Shown here: in pieces, positions 10,472 to 24,125 of the stretch
Layout of the letters: each line of letters starts with the position of its first letter
How positions within the stretch are numbered: the first letter of the stretch is position 1
Translations under genes and position numbers: made by a program
Assembly: GCA_965235115.1 (NCBI GenBank)
Contig: OZ249443.1
Location: 4,712,001-4,776,000, forward strand
Direction: 5' to 3'
DNA from: Laetmonice hystrix
Lineage: Eukaryota
DNA length: 64,000 nt
The notes under the pieces: model-generated
Database searches by the model: none
Told to the model about the DNA's origin: nothing
The model's input: the letters and a program-made list of their open reading frames with translations, nothing else

Positions 10472-11923
10472 GTGTCAAATATATTACCCCAGTAATAATG
10501 AATGCATTTATTGCGGAGAGTTGGGACCTTCTTGCAAACAAACAAAAATTTGTCACCAAAATTTGTCACCAAAATTTGTCACCAAAAGAGCCCAAATCAT
10601 GCAAAACATGACTTTCAAAAGAAGGTCGACTTGGGTCCTTAATAATTCGGAGTTTTCTTTTTTTGTTTTACTTGCTCCTTTTTGCTGGTTTCTCATGCCA
10701 TCCTGCAAATCTAAATGACTAAATCTAGCACACAAATGGTCAGAAACCATTACATTAGTGTATGTTAAAATGTCCCTCATATCTTATCATATATATTATG
10801 CAAGTAGTGTTTCTTTTTTTGAAGTCACTAAAGTTAGTAAATTTTACCAAATTTGACAGCTTATTTTTGCTACTTCTTGGTACTTCAACTCCTGTTATGA
10901 TTAAGAATCTCTTGAAACAGTTTTATCCGTATTGGAATAAAAGACACTTTACCAAACACGGTTGTAAAAACACCAGCAGAATACCTGTACTCAAACAAAA
11001 TGGTAGATCTTACTGATCTAGGATTGCATCATAAAAGGAAAAAAAACATGGAAACTGATAGAAAATATAAAATGAAAGGAAAATGTCAATGTTGGCATAA
11101 TTTTTACCCAAGCCGATTGTCAAGCCTGGGCATAACGACTGATGGGGAAGTGGTCGCTCCTGCCTGGGACAGGCATGCAGGCTCGAGCTACCGAGGGGAA
11201 ACCCCCGCACGCACGAATGGCAGTCACCATGGCAACGGATACATAACCCCCCTCAGTTCTTTGCCTTCATGGTGTCTCCTCGATCACCATCACCTGAAAA
11301 GGACACATAATAAAGGAAATCCTAGGTCAACACATTGGTTGCTATAGATACCACATCTGTTGCTAAGGTAATCACGTATGCAACATGTGGAAAAATGCCA
11401 TTGGACCAGAACAGTTGGACAAGTACCACCACGCCAGCCTGGGACACACAAATTCCTGTACAAAATCTACATCCTTCCAGAGATTATAGAAATTTCAAAT
11501 AACAGATAATGTGTTTTAAAAGTTAAAACAATGCTTGCCAATGGTTGTGTAACCGTATCGTGTTGGAAATGGTTCCAGGCTGGGTGGGTATGGGTACAGA
11601 ATTTGGTGCACGGGCAGGTAGGAAGGAGGTCAACTCCAAAAATTCACCTTTTTACCATGTGCACCGATTGCCCTCTGCAGGGCCCCTCTGGGGGTATCCC
11701 TGCTCACTCGGCATACCTCCAGCAGGTACCGAGTTTCTCCAGTGGACCTGCCACTGTTTCCTCCTGGCCGACAACTCTTTCACAACCAGAGAACACAACC
11801 AGAGTTATCTCGTCAGTGGGTGGACTGAGCACATGTCAACTACACCACGCCGCTCAGTCCCTACCGGTGTGCCGGTTGTTGGTCGGTTGGGTGGGTGGAT
11901 GGCCACTGGGCCGAGATTCGTAC

Positions 11924-12046
11924 CTTTTTCTTGATCTTTTCCTTCCTCTTGTAGTCCTGCACGATGTTACTGGCGGTGAAAAGTTCGTCGTCAACGTCAT
12001 GGCAATCTCTCAGTGTGTTGTCCGAGGTCAGGTATAACACCTTCAG
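11924..12046 (-). CDS. IVNS1ABP: IVNS1ABP-like, post-BACK exon
   Basis: LKVLYLTSDNTLRDCHDVDDELFTASNIVQDYKRKEKIKKK (human VQTLYYSADHKL). Phase 0/0; donor GTACGA. Confidence 0.85.
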
Positions 12047-12048
12047 CT

Positions 12049-12586
12049 GTAACCAAGGCAACATCCTCTCACTATCGGTAACCAAGGCAACGTCCTCACT
12101 ATCAGTAACCATGGCAACATCCTCCCACTACCGGTAACCAAGGCAACATCCTCACTATCAGTAACCATGGCAACATCCTCTCACTACCGGTAACCAAGGC
12201 AACATCCTCTCACTACTGGTAACCAAGGCAACATCCTCTCACTATCGGTAACCATGGCAACATCCTCTCACTACCGGTAACCAAGGCAACATCCTCTCAC
12301 TATCGGTAACCATGGCAACATCCTCTCACTACCGGTAACCAAGGCAACATCCTCTCACTATCGGTAACCAAGGCAACATCCTCTCACTATCGGTAACCAA
12401 GGCAACATCCTCACTATCAGTAACCATGGCAACATCCTCTCACTACCGGTAACCAAGGCAACATCCTCTCACCACGGTAACCAAGGCAACATCCTCTCAC
12501 TATCGGTAACCAAGGCAACATCCTCTCACTACTGGTAACCAAGGCAACATCCTCTCACTATCGGTCACCAAGGCAACATCCTCTCA
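12049..12586. repeat. ~29-bp minisatellite, 19 units (gtaacca[a/t]ggcaacatcctctcactatcg)
   Basis: Units counted directly; the array abuts the exon acceptor at 12047-12048. Confidence 0.95.
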
Positions 12587-12638
12587 TATTTCTATATTTT
12601 ATATTTACAGAACAGACCTGCGGAACAAAGTTACTTAC

Positions 12639-12751
12639 GTCCTCGCATATTTCTGTCAAAGACTGCTCGTGCAGGTTGGTGGCCATCCAATCAATGACGA
12701 GGTTACAAAGGTGTTTGGTGTTGTCGCTGTCCAGGTCTGCATCGTCCACTC
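12639..12751 (-). CDS. IVNS1ABP: IVNS1ABP-like, BACK exon
   Basis: GVDDADLDSDNTKHLCNLVIDWMATNLHEQSLTEICED (human KLYTKVINWVQRSIW..LEELMEE). Phase 1/0, GTAAGT donor. Confidence 0.9.
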
Positions 12752-13097
12752 CTGGATCAACATAACACATACAACCGTAATTATGTCAACCTACAATCAT
12801 CTCATTCAAGTGAGAAATCTTGGCTTTCTTTCTGTCACATTCAATGAACCCTATGCCATTTTGTCAAAAGGTATCTATCATGTACTTAAGTCAAGTTAAC
12901 TGAACTAATATTAGTACAGAGTGTTGTTTTAAAAAACAACATACATTTTTCATCAGATTAAAGCTATAAATTATATACTGCCAAGCAGGATTTAAGTACT
13001 TTACAATATTGACAACAATTACGATAGTTACGATTTTAAAATACACACGTATGTGGGAAATTTACAGTTTGGCCATTTTTCTGCATTTGCTACTCAC

Positions 13098-13235
13098 CAA
13101 GGATGTTGAGTTGTACGCAGGGCAGGCTCATCAGTTCCGGGCTCGTGGCCACACCTTCCATATTAGACTGGATGAAGTCATCGGTTTGCATGGTCAAATC
13201 CATATCCGAGTGACTGTTGGCAAAGGCACGTGTAC
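13098..13235 (-). CDS. IVNS1ABP: IVNS1ABP-like, BACK exon
   Basis: GTRAFANSHSDMDLTMQTDDFIQSNMEGVATSPELMSLPCVQLNIL (human [38 protein letters not shown]). Phase 1/1. Confidence 0.9.
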
Positions 13236-14776
13236 CTGTCCCAAACATATACAGAGATTATAACTTTAGGACACTCCGCACATGAAGATATATACCAGGA
13301 CCAAGTTTATAGAAATCAAGACAAGAAAAATCTCTCCTTTCAGACAACTTTCAGATTACAAATCAATGGTAGCCCATTGAATTTCTACAAGGACATCTTT
13401 GTTTTCTTATTGATATATAATTAATTTATTAATTTCAGCTATCAAAATCACTGAGTGACTGATTTGTGGGCACAATACTACCATACACTAACACATCCAC
13501 AACAACACATTCACAACATGATGTCCACGATTAAGGAATCTGCCTGTCAGACTTGCAATGTGATACTCTCATGATCGGGGTGGGAGGTGTTTAAGGGCTA
13601 TGACACACTGGACAAGATCGGTGCCGATCACATCCCGATTGCCTGTATTTGGGATGTGATCGGGCGCCACTGGGTCATAGCGTGTCGTGATCCAGTCGGC
13701 ACGAACAACTCCTGATTGCCCACCGATCTTCTTATTTTGGGGGCTGCTTGTTATGGTGCTAACCTTCGCAGGCCCCCCCATCCTCCACCTACCTTTACGT
13801 CTAATCAATAACTATATTTACAACCAATCAATAAATCTACAATGGAAAATCCATACCACTTCTGATTTAACCATGAAGATTTCCCGGAAATTTTACCTGT
13901 GCCCACATCATACGAGACGCTGCTCTCAGCACCACATAACCTTATTACCGGATTATGACGCTTCTAACATCTTTTGTTATCGAGACAAAACAACCAATCA
14001 ATTATCAAATGCGTCTCAATATTTTGCACTCACATAATCTTACAGAATACCGCCTTGATGGTTTCAGTACACTTGATGATGCGTGATTACAACTAATACG
14101 GAGAATCATATCTCTTACCGAGGCTTTACTGGTCACTGAGAAGTTAGTCACATACCAGTCCTTTAATGTCTGGGACCCCCCCCGTCCCTCCCCCCCCTTA
14201 CTGGTCACTGAGAAGTTAGGCATACACCAGTCCGTTAATGTCTGGGACCCCCCCCCCCCCCGTCCCTCCCCCCATAAGGCCTGCTGTATCACTACCCACT
14301 GGAATGATAGAATATGAGGGGAATATGTCATGCTAAACAAAACTAAACCGTAGTCACCATTTCCTAACTCTGTACCAACCAAAAGTGAAAGTCAAGCTAG
14401 AATGTTTTAGTGCCAACCCTGAGCGCTGTATTTCTAAAAAACACGTTACATTACCTTCTAAACTACCAGCACACAATCATCCCCTGCCTGATGTTCACTG
14501 GCGTAAATAGAGTACTTGTACAATATTTATAAAGCTATTCAATGGCCGACTGTGACGAGCAGAAAATTCTCTCTTTTTTTTACATGAACTACGCGTCCCA
14601 ATATACAAGAAGAGGGTTTAGACTCTGGAAACTTCTACATCTAGTCTCTGCTTCATCTTCTCAGTGTGCGTCAAACTCATACATTCAAAAATCAATTTAC
14701 ACAATCCTGGAGTTTAACCAACATGGAGAACCAATAAGCTGAAGCGTGGACCGAGAGGCCAGATTTCACCTCAAGT

Positions 14777-15101
14777 GTTAAAAGACTGATGATTGGTGTT
14801 TTGTTAAAAGACTGATGATTGGTGTTTTGTTAAAAGACTGATGATTGGTGTTTTGTTAAAAGACTGATGATTGGTGTTTTGTTAAAAGACTGATGATTGG
14901 TGTTTTGTTAAAAGACTGATGATTGGTGTTTTGTTAAAAGACTGATGATTGGTGTTTTGTTAAAAGACTGATGATTGGTGTTTTATTCAAAGACCGATGA
15001 TTGGTGTTTTGTTAAGACTGATGATTGGTGTTTTGTTTAAAGACTGATGATTGGTGTTTTGTTAAAAGACTGGCGATTGGTGTGTTTTGTTAAGATGATT
15101 G
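14777..15101. repeat. 26-bp minisatellite, ~12 units (aaagactgatgattggtgttttgtta)
   Basis: 26-bp periodicity seen directly. Confidence 0.95.
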
Positions 15102-15145
15102 GTTTGTTTTACCTGCTGAAGCAGATCTAAGAGATATAGATTACC

Positions 15146-15274
15146 GTTACCATGGTAACTGTCGCGATGTAAACATCACATACTGCCGACCCACACGCCA
15201 CCTAGTGGTCTGACGTAGTTATGGTTGGGAGTGAACCGACTCCAAGGTCACATCAATGTCACGTAATGACGTCA
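15146..15274. promoter_or_regulatory. Intronic cluster of TF-motif matches (X-box, CTCF-like, CRE)
   Basis: gttaccatggtaac 15146-15159; acgccacctagtgg 15195-15208; tgacgtca 15267-15274. Motif matches only. Confidence 0.35.
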
Positions 15275-15775
15275 TCAGTGGCAGGCTACACCCGGCTTGT
15301 CATGATTCGTAATCTAAGGTAGCTTTCTTTTCTTTCATTCAAACAGCCGGGACTAAAAATGAACTATTTCATTGTGGTTGGGGCCCTAGTCTCATGGATT
15401 GTCGAGCCTGGGATGTCCAAAAACAAGATTAATAGGTAAAAATACATCAGATAACAGAAAAAACTGGCCCAGTTCTCAAATTCCTCGCCTTACAAGCGTC
15501 TTACCCGGGGGACATGAAATTGTATCCACTTGAGCAAACACATTATTTCACACTTTCTGTGCAAACAGCCAAACGCAAACAATCACCCTCTCGAGACCAG
15601 CACGTACCCCCACCCCTCCCCCAGATAAACATCTAACCTTTCTTTCTTAATGTCAGGGCTTTCTGTCTTTTCTCTTCTTTACTTCTCCACTCCATGCTTC
15701 CTTCTTTCACTGCTACTGATAATAAAACTAATCAATGATTTCTTAGACTGAGGGAGCATCATGAGGCATCAGTTG

Positions 15776-16350
15776 ACACAGGACAAGGACAGGCCAAATA
15801 CAGGGAGAGAACAAGGATAGGACAAGGACAAGGACAGGGACAGGAGGGCAAGGACTGGACAAGTACAGGGCCAGGAGGACAGAGAGAGGACAAGGACAGG
15901 ACAAGGACTGGACAAGTACAGGGCCAGGAGGACAGAGACAGGACAAGGACAGGAGGGCAAGGACTGGACAAGTACAGGGCCAGGAGGACAGAGAGAGGAC
16001 AAGGACAGGACAAGGACTGGACAAGTACAGGGCCAGGAGGACAGAGAGAGGACAAGGACAGGACAAGGACTGGACAAGTACAGGGCCAGGAGGACAGAGA
16101 GAGGACAAGGACAAGGACAGGGACAGGAGGGCAAGGACTGGACAAGTACAGGGCCAGGAGGACAAGGACAGGACAAGGACTGGACACGGACTGGACAAGT
16201 ACAGGGCCAGGAGGACAGAGAGAGGACAAGGACTGGACAAGTACAGGGCCAGGAGGACAGAGAAAGGACAAGGACAGTCAGGAGGACAAGGACTGGACAA
16301 GTACAGGGCCAGGAGGACAGAGAGAGGAAAACACACAAGACAAGGACAGG
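15776..16350. repeat. Compound purine-rich minisatellite built from ggaca sub-repeats (ggacaaggactggacaagtacagggccaggaggacagagaga)
   Basis: Variable-length units seen directly; explains the C/P/L/S-rich minus-strand ORFs. Confidence 0.9.
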
Positions 16351-19149
16351 ACCCTGGACAGGCAGATAGGCAGTCCTTGCGCCAAGACGAGCACCGCCAC
16401 ACCTGGTGCCAACTCCCTGAACACGATACACAGACCTGCAATCTCTCGCTCTGAGATACCGGCAGGCATCTAGTCGTACTCTTTGATACAACAGACGTAT
16501 CTTTTTACCCCCCGCTGTAACCATGGCAACATTGATTACCTGTCTGTGACACAACCAACTGCTCAATTTTATAGAGGAGATCAGAGATACCTGATAGAAG
16601 GCTGTTACCTGTCCGGGGGGTGGGGGGTAGGGAGTGGCTACTATTACATAGTCTGTTCTCATATATCGGAATGTGTCTCATTATTAACTCATACAAGTTA
16701 CAACATCCTGTACTCAGTGCTACACCACCGATTCTACTTCAGCATACCCCACCCACTGTCACATATATACGTCTGCCTGGGCCGTACTGTCACCAATTCC
16801 CGCCTCAATAAATCCCCTTCTCTTCACTAGCTCCTTGCTAAGTACAATAAAATCAAACAGTTTTGTTTTAATGTCATATTTTAACAAGATTTTCTCTTTT
16901 ACCAATGTGAATATTAAATCTAACGAAGTCGCCTCTGTGCCATCGAGCAGTTATTACAGGCAGTGGCTATGACCTAGGCATGCGATCTAAAGTCTCTTAG
17001 TATTTAAAAAAAAAAATCTAAGAGTTCAGAAATGGGATCTTTGCAAGGTGGTGAAGTACAGTGTTGCTATATTTACACTCCACAGAGTGTAGGCTTCCTT
17101 TCGTTATATTTTACAGGCTTGAAAATTTTGTAAACACAGTCATCATGCCACAGTCGGTTTGGGTGTCGGTCACGTCGGACCATCGTCTGGTGCAAGGCAA
17201 GTTGACTTTCAGCACCACCAAAGAACGTTGTTTGGCACCACTATGGTCAAAGGTGGTCACGGTACTTGACCCCTGAATGTACTGACCACATGGACGAGTC
17301 TATTGGTACTATGGAAGCCATGGACCGATCACCAGAAGAAACCAACTCAATTTAGGGGTGTCCCTCTCACTTTGCCCAACCCTTGTTGTACCTTGGAATG
17401 CAAGTCATTTACCGACCTATGGACCCTCGTGCCTAGGATTGGTTATAAAGATCGTTTGATAACCAATCCTTGGAACTCCCCACAGGACGGTAAACAGAAC
17501 AGACCACAACCCGCCCCCCTCCTACTCTACCCTCGGTTGACCTTCACCTTTCTCTTCCTGACCCTCTGACCTCCACACTGATCCCGTTCACTAGACCGTG
17601 AATCGGAAAATCTCATCACATGATACATCTATTTATAACAAAAGCCAGGCGCACGTGCTAGAACTTGGATCTGTATGATTACAGAAGCCCTGGGAGATTT
17701 CCAGGAACGACAACTATACATTCTACAAGCGACTACAACATGTAGCAGGTACAGAACCCTAACTACTGGCAGGTAGGGAGCGGGAATGCCTCTTCCAATA
17801 AACATGCCAGCTCTGCTTCATGTAATATCGATTTTTAGTGTGCATGGAACCCTTTCCCAGGAAAACAGACTTGTCTGCCGGCCTCCCTTCTCTTAATGCT
17901 GACCTCTAACAACGCTCAGATGACCTCTAATGTAAAGTCTTTCAAATTTCCAATCAAAAAAGAAGAGACTTTAAATGTCGGCAGCAAAAACTAAGGCAGC
18001 TAGCAGAGTGACACCAGCCGTAGTTTGTGACAATAGACAGCCGTTCAGTCTGGCACCTCCTTCCTGACCTTACGCCGTGTACCTGTCAAGGTCACCGCCA
18101 GTGGAGGTCAAGGTTGATGTTACAAAACACAATGTTTGTGTGACAAACATGAACGAATACGATCTCACTCCTCCGCTCCGACCTTGTACTGTTCCAGTAT
18201 TGATGGAAGCCACATCAATGTTGTCATGTGAAGTGTCAAAGAACAACATGGCTGAGCCAAGTCAATACCTAACAACACTTTACTGGACACGGAAACATTT
18301 GAAACACCTACAAATTCCACAAAAAGAAATAAAGAAAATAAGAGGCTGGCCCGTAAACAAATACTAGTTGTGGATTTCATGGGTACGGTAAGCACAGGAA
18401 AATTACAATAGTTAAGTGTTGGACAGGCTGCGTTTACTGGGATCAATTTTACCTGGTCAATATCTCTCCCACCCCAGCCCACACCTGGGGCCCGGTAAAC
18501 AGGCAGGCCATTATTCCACCTGACCAGTCACATCAGTTGTTGTTGGAAGTGCCGCAAGCATTACCTCAGTAACACATGGTAATAGAAACTGGGCTTGAAC
18601 AATCACCTCAGGCTAAACTTCCTACTCTGGCGCTCTGATAAAACCAAACTAATCCATTCATTTAGAAATAAAAAAAATTAACAACAATTAATCTTGGCCT
18701 TCTTGTTGGGTTGATGTGCGCGCCATCATCTCATTCATTGTTCTGAACATCAAACTGCCAGAGTTCTCAATGAGATTTCATGGAGAAAGTCTACGACAAA
18801 ATTGATTGGGTATCGTCTTTAGTCGTACTACAAGGTACATTAGTCTATTCCTTTATAAGCTGGCCGGGTGGTGGCATAGGATTAGGAGGCCAACTTTGTT
18901 CTCAAATAAACACTTTCATTCTTACGTCAATATTATCTAAGAAAAAAGGAAACTTTCTTCTTTGTACTACTTGTGTTCGTTGAAGATCTTTTATCTGTCA
19001 GAATGCTTGAATCGACTGGACTGGGGATAGAGGAGACTCGGCTACCTGTCATCTCCTTGACACGGACAGACAGAGACATACCTGACGACCCCAGGTCGAC
19101 CTACCTCCTACTAACGGACCCAACCCACATCTGAGGATGTGAGCAATAC

Positions 19150-22122
19150 AGTTACCATACCCCGCCACCACACAAACATCTGTACTCTGACAGGCACAGG
19201 TCGACAACCACAACATACCGTACACGTACACATCGCTACCCACGTACAGTTACCATACCCCGCCATCACACAAACATCTGTACTCCGACAGGCACAGGTA
19301 GACTACGACAACCACAACATACCATACACGTACACATCGCTACCCACGTACAGGCAACACACTCTGCCATACTCCGACAGGCACGGGTAGACTACGACAA
19401 CCACAACATACCATACACGTACACATCGCTACCCACATACAGGTAACATACTCTGCCATACTCCGACAGGCACGGGTAGACTACGACAACCACAACATAC
19501 CATACACGTACACATCGCTACCCACGTACAGGTAACATACTCCGACAGGCACAGGTAGACTACGACAACCACATCATACCATACACGTACACATCGCTAC
19601 CCACGTACAGGTAACATACTCCGACAGGCACAGGTAGACTATGACATCCACAACATACCGTACACGTACACATCGCTACCCACGTACAGGTAACATACTC
19701 TGCCATACTCCGACAGGCACAGGTAGACTACGACAACCACAACATACCGTACACATCGCTACCCACGTACAGGCAACACACTCTGCCATACTCCGACAGG
19801 CACAGGTAGACTACGACAACCACAACATACCGTACACGTACACATCGCTACCCACGTACAGGTAACATACTCTGCCATACTCCGACAGGCACAGGTAGAC
19901 TACGACAACCACAACATACCATACACGTACACATCGCTACCCACGTACAGGTAACATACTCTGCCATACTCCGACAGGCACAGGTAGACTACGACAACCA
20001 CAACATACCATACACGTACACATCGCTACCCACGTACAGGTAACATACTCTGCCATACTCCGACAGGCACAGGTAGACTACGACAACCACAACATACCAT
20101 ACACGTACACATCGCTACCCACGTACAGGTAACATACTCTGCCATACTCCGACAGGCACAGGTAGACTTCGACAACCACAACATACCGTACACATCGCTA
20201 CCCACGTACAGGCAACACACTCTGCCATACTCCGACAGGCACAGGTAGACTACGACAACCACAACATACCGTACACGTACAGCAAGATATCGCTACCCAC
20301 GTACAGGCAACATACTCTGCCATACTCCGACAGGCACAGGTAGACTACGACAACCACAACATACCGTACACGTACAGCAAGACATCGCTACCCACCTACA
20401 GGTAACATACTCTGCCATACTCCGACAGACACAGGTAGACTATGACAACCACGACATACCGTACACGTACAGCAAGATATCGCTACCCACGTACAGGTAA
20501 CATACTCTGCCATACTCCGACAGGCACAGGTAGACTACGACAACCACAACATACCGTACACGTACACATCGCTACCCACGTACAGGTAACATACTCTGCC
20601 ATACTCCGACAGGCACAGGTAGACTACGACAACCACAACATACCGTACACGTACAGCAAGATATCGCTACCCACGTACAGGTAACATACTCTGCCATACT
20701 CCGACAGGCACAGGTAGACTACGACAACCACAACATACCGTACACGTACACATCGCTACCCACGTACAGGTAACATACTCTGCCATACTCCGACAGGCAC
20801 AGGTAGACTACGACAACCACAACATACCATACACGTACAGCAAGATATCGCTACCCACGTACAGGCAACACACTCTGCCATACTCCGACAGGCACAGGTA
20901 GACTACGACAACCACAACATACCGTACACGTACAGCAAGATATCGCTACCCACGTACAGGTAACATACTCTGCCATACTCCGACAGGCACAGGTAGACTA
21001 CGACAACCACAACATACCGTACACGTACACATCGCTACCCACGTACAGGTAACATACTCTGCCATACTCCGACAGGCACAGGTAGACTATGACAACCACA
21101 ACATACCGTACACGTACACATTGCTACCCACGTACAGGCAACATACTCTGCCATACTCCGACAGGCACAGGTAGACTACGACAACCACAACATACCATAC
21201 ACGTACAGCAAGATATCGCTACCCACGTACAGGCAACACACTCTGCCATACTCCGACAGGCACAGGTAGACTACGACAACCACAACATACCGTACACGTA
21301 CAGCAAGATATCGCTACCCACGTACAGGCAACATACTCTGCCATACTCCGACAGGCACAGGTAGACTACGACAACCACAACATACCGTACACGTACAGCA
21401 AGATATCGCTACCCACGTACAGGTAACATACTCTGCCATACTCCGACAGGCACAGGTAGACTACGACAACCACAACATACCGTACACGTACAGCAAGATA
21501 TCGCTACCCACGTACAGGCAACATACTCTGCCATACTCCGACAGGCACAGGTAGACTACGACAACCACAACATACCGTACACGTACAGCAAGATATCGCT
21601 ACCCACGTACAGGCAACATACTCTGCCATACTCCGACAGGCACAGGTAGACTACGACAACCACAACATACCGTACACGTACAGCAAGATATCGCTACCCA
21701 CGTACAGGCAACATACTCTGCCATACTCCGACAGGCACAGGTAGACTACGACAACCACAACATACCATACACGTACAGCAAGATATCGCTACCCACGTAC
21801 AGGCAACACACTCTGCCATACTCCGACAGGCACAGGTAGACTACGACAACCACAACATACCGTACACGTACAGCAAGATATCGCTACCCACGTACAGGCA
21901 ACATACTCTGCCATACTCCGACAGGCACAGGTAGACTACGACAACCACAACATACCATACACGTACAGCAAGATATCGCTACCCACGTACAGGCAACATA
22001 CTCTGCCATACTCCGACAGGCACAGGTAGACTACGACAACCACAACATACCATACACGTACAGCAAGATATCGCTACCCACGTACAGGTAACATACTCTG
22101 CCATACTCCGACAGGCACAGGT
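19150..22122. repeat. Tandem array of 89-bp and 95-bp units, ~32 copies
   Basis: Period 89 at 19984 to 20073; period 95 at 21361 to 21456. Confidence 0.95.
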
Positions 22123-22479
22123 AACAAAACTGATACATGACTTCATATAACATGGAACTAACAGTAATAGGTTCTTCACTGTGCCATTATCACCAAATCT
22201 CATGGTAACAATTAAAAATCTACCAATATTCCTGGCCCGTACCCTAATCCCGGGTCTCCAACCCTACCCCTGCCCATACCCCTTACTCTCAGCCCCTAAC
22301 CTTGGTCTCCAAATCTCCACCAATAATTATTCCAATCTCTACCCCAATCCCTATCCTATCCCTGCCCCATCCCCTAACCCTGCCCCTAACCCCGCCCCTA
22401 ACTCCTAGCCCCAATGTGGTGGGAATGGCACCATGAAGAATACCCAAGAACCGTGGCATGGCGACGTGTTCAGACTCAC

Positions 22480-22604
22480 CAAGGCAGTTGTTGGGGGTCA
22501 GGTGTTTGGCAAGGTACCGGGAACACGCCTCGGCCACCGAGCCCATTTTTAACATCATGGCCGTCTTGTAAACTGACTTCACCTTCTCCTCCGGAACCTC
22601 CAGC
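22480..22604 (-). CDS. IVNS1ABP: IVNS1ABP-like, BTB C-terminal exon
   Basis: (K)LEVPEEKVKSVYKTAMMLKMGSVAEACSRYLAKHLTPNNCL (human [31 protein letters not shown]). Phase 2/1. Confidence 0.93.
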
Positions 22605-23196
22605 CTGGAACAGGGTAACTCATGTTACAGACATGAACAGGAGTAAATATCAAAATTACTGAAACTTGGTCAAAGGTAGGAAAATTTCAAAATTCTGACA
22701 CAAATTTGATGCATATTTGGTGGCATTTCAGTCTCATAAAATTCAGAAATCCGCGAATCTGTGGAAAATGTTCCTGCCTGATATCATCATACCTCATGTC
22801 AAACGTTAACATTCTATGGAGCTAGAAGTCTATATCAGTATTTAAATCTTTCCCACTCATGACTTAATTCACATCACAATTAAGACAAACCAGACAAATA
22901 GATTTATGATCTTACTCTACCAACAACTTAAATATTCTCAGGTCATGATGCAAGTTCTCATACCTAGCCCCTGCCGTTAACTTTCTATGTCAGTAATTCT
23001 CTGTATCAACAAAAACACCGTTGATATAACCTGTAGTTGTTTTCATGTTTCATGCATGGACAAACCAAACACACAGGGAGAGACCTCACATTGCATGGTA
23101 AGGCCTCTTACTCTACCAGCCACCTGACAGGTGAAACAGTGCAGACCCGTGCAGTTGTTTCTCAAGGTGAGAATCACACGTTTCTCTCTTACCCTG

Positions 23197-23259
23197 CCAT
23201 CACCATGGCAATCCCATCACCATGGCAATCACCATGGCAATCCCATCACCATGGCAATC
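23197..23259. repeat. Short tandem repeat of ccatcaccatggcaatc-type units (3-4 copies)
   Basis: Seen directly. Confidence 0.8.
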
Positions 23260-23427
23260 TGTAGGGTCAGACAAAAAATATACAAGGACAATCTCAGCGC
23301 CATCCTTGGGTCACTGAGTGCACCGTCCCCCCTCCTGTCTATGATTGGACCTAATAATACCTAAACCGTTCCTTTCATCAAAAGATGGTTCATTGATCCA
23401 GCGACTGTCAGTGTCTGTACTTGTGAG

Positions 23428-23622
23428 GTACTGGTAAAATCCAGGACTTGTAGGTTTAACGTACATTAGGTACCAAGTGGTAAAATACTGTGGTACTGGT
23501 AAAATCCAGGTCTTGTTGGTTTAACGTACATTAGGTACCAAGTGGTAAAATACTGCGGTACTGGTAAAATCCAGGACTTGTAGGTTTAACGTACATTAGG
23601 TACCAAGTGGTAAAATACTGTG
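23428..23622. repeat. 65-bp tandem repeat x3
   Basis: ctggtaaaatccagg starts at 23431, 23496 and 23561. Confidence 0.9.
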
Positions 23623-23718
23623 ATCTCATCTACTTTACGGGCGTCTGTATCATTGAGTAAACGGAGCAAGCAGATACCAGTTGGTATTTCTCATTCTCAG
23701 ACGCTGTCATTCCTTTGG

Positions 23719-24125
23719 TTAACTGATGACAGACTAGTGGGATCAAACAACTATTCTACTTAACTGATGACAGACTAGTGGCATCAAACAACTATTCTAC
23801 TTAACTGATGACAGACTAGTAGGATCAAACAACTATTCTACTTAACTGATGACAGACTAGTGGGATCAAACAACTGTTCTACTTAACTGATGACAGACTA
23901 GTGGGATCAAACAACTATTCTACTTAACTGATGACAGACTAGTGGGATCAAACAACTATTCTACTTAACTGATGACAGACTAGTGGGATCAAACAACTAT
24001 TCTACTTAACTGATGACAGACTAGTGGGATCAAACAACTATTCTACTTAACTGATGACAGACTAGTGGGATCAAACAACTGTTCTACTTAACTGATGACA
24101 GACTAGTGGGATCAAACAACTATTC
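23719..24125. repeat. 41-bp minisatellite x10 (ttaactgatgacagactagtgggatcaaacaactattctac)
   Basis: 41-bp periodicity seen directly. Confidence 0.95.

Noticed and set aside
11716-11790. Possible 60-nt in-frame cassette exon (SCRPGGNSGRSTGETRYLLE)
   Set aside because: Weak acceptor (gtgaaag), no homology, and not needed for the reading frame.
15743-16662. Cys/Pro/Leu-rich ORFs resembling metallothionein or keratin-associated proteins
   Set aside because: All three frames are open because of a ggaca-based compound repeat; low-complexity artefact.
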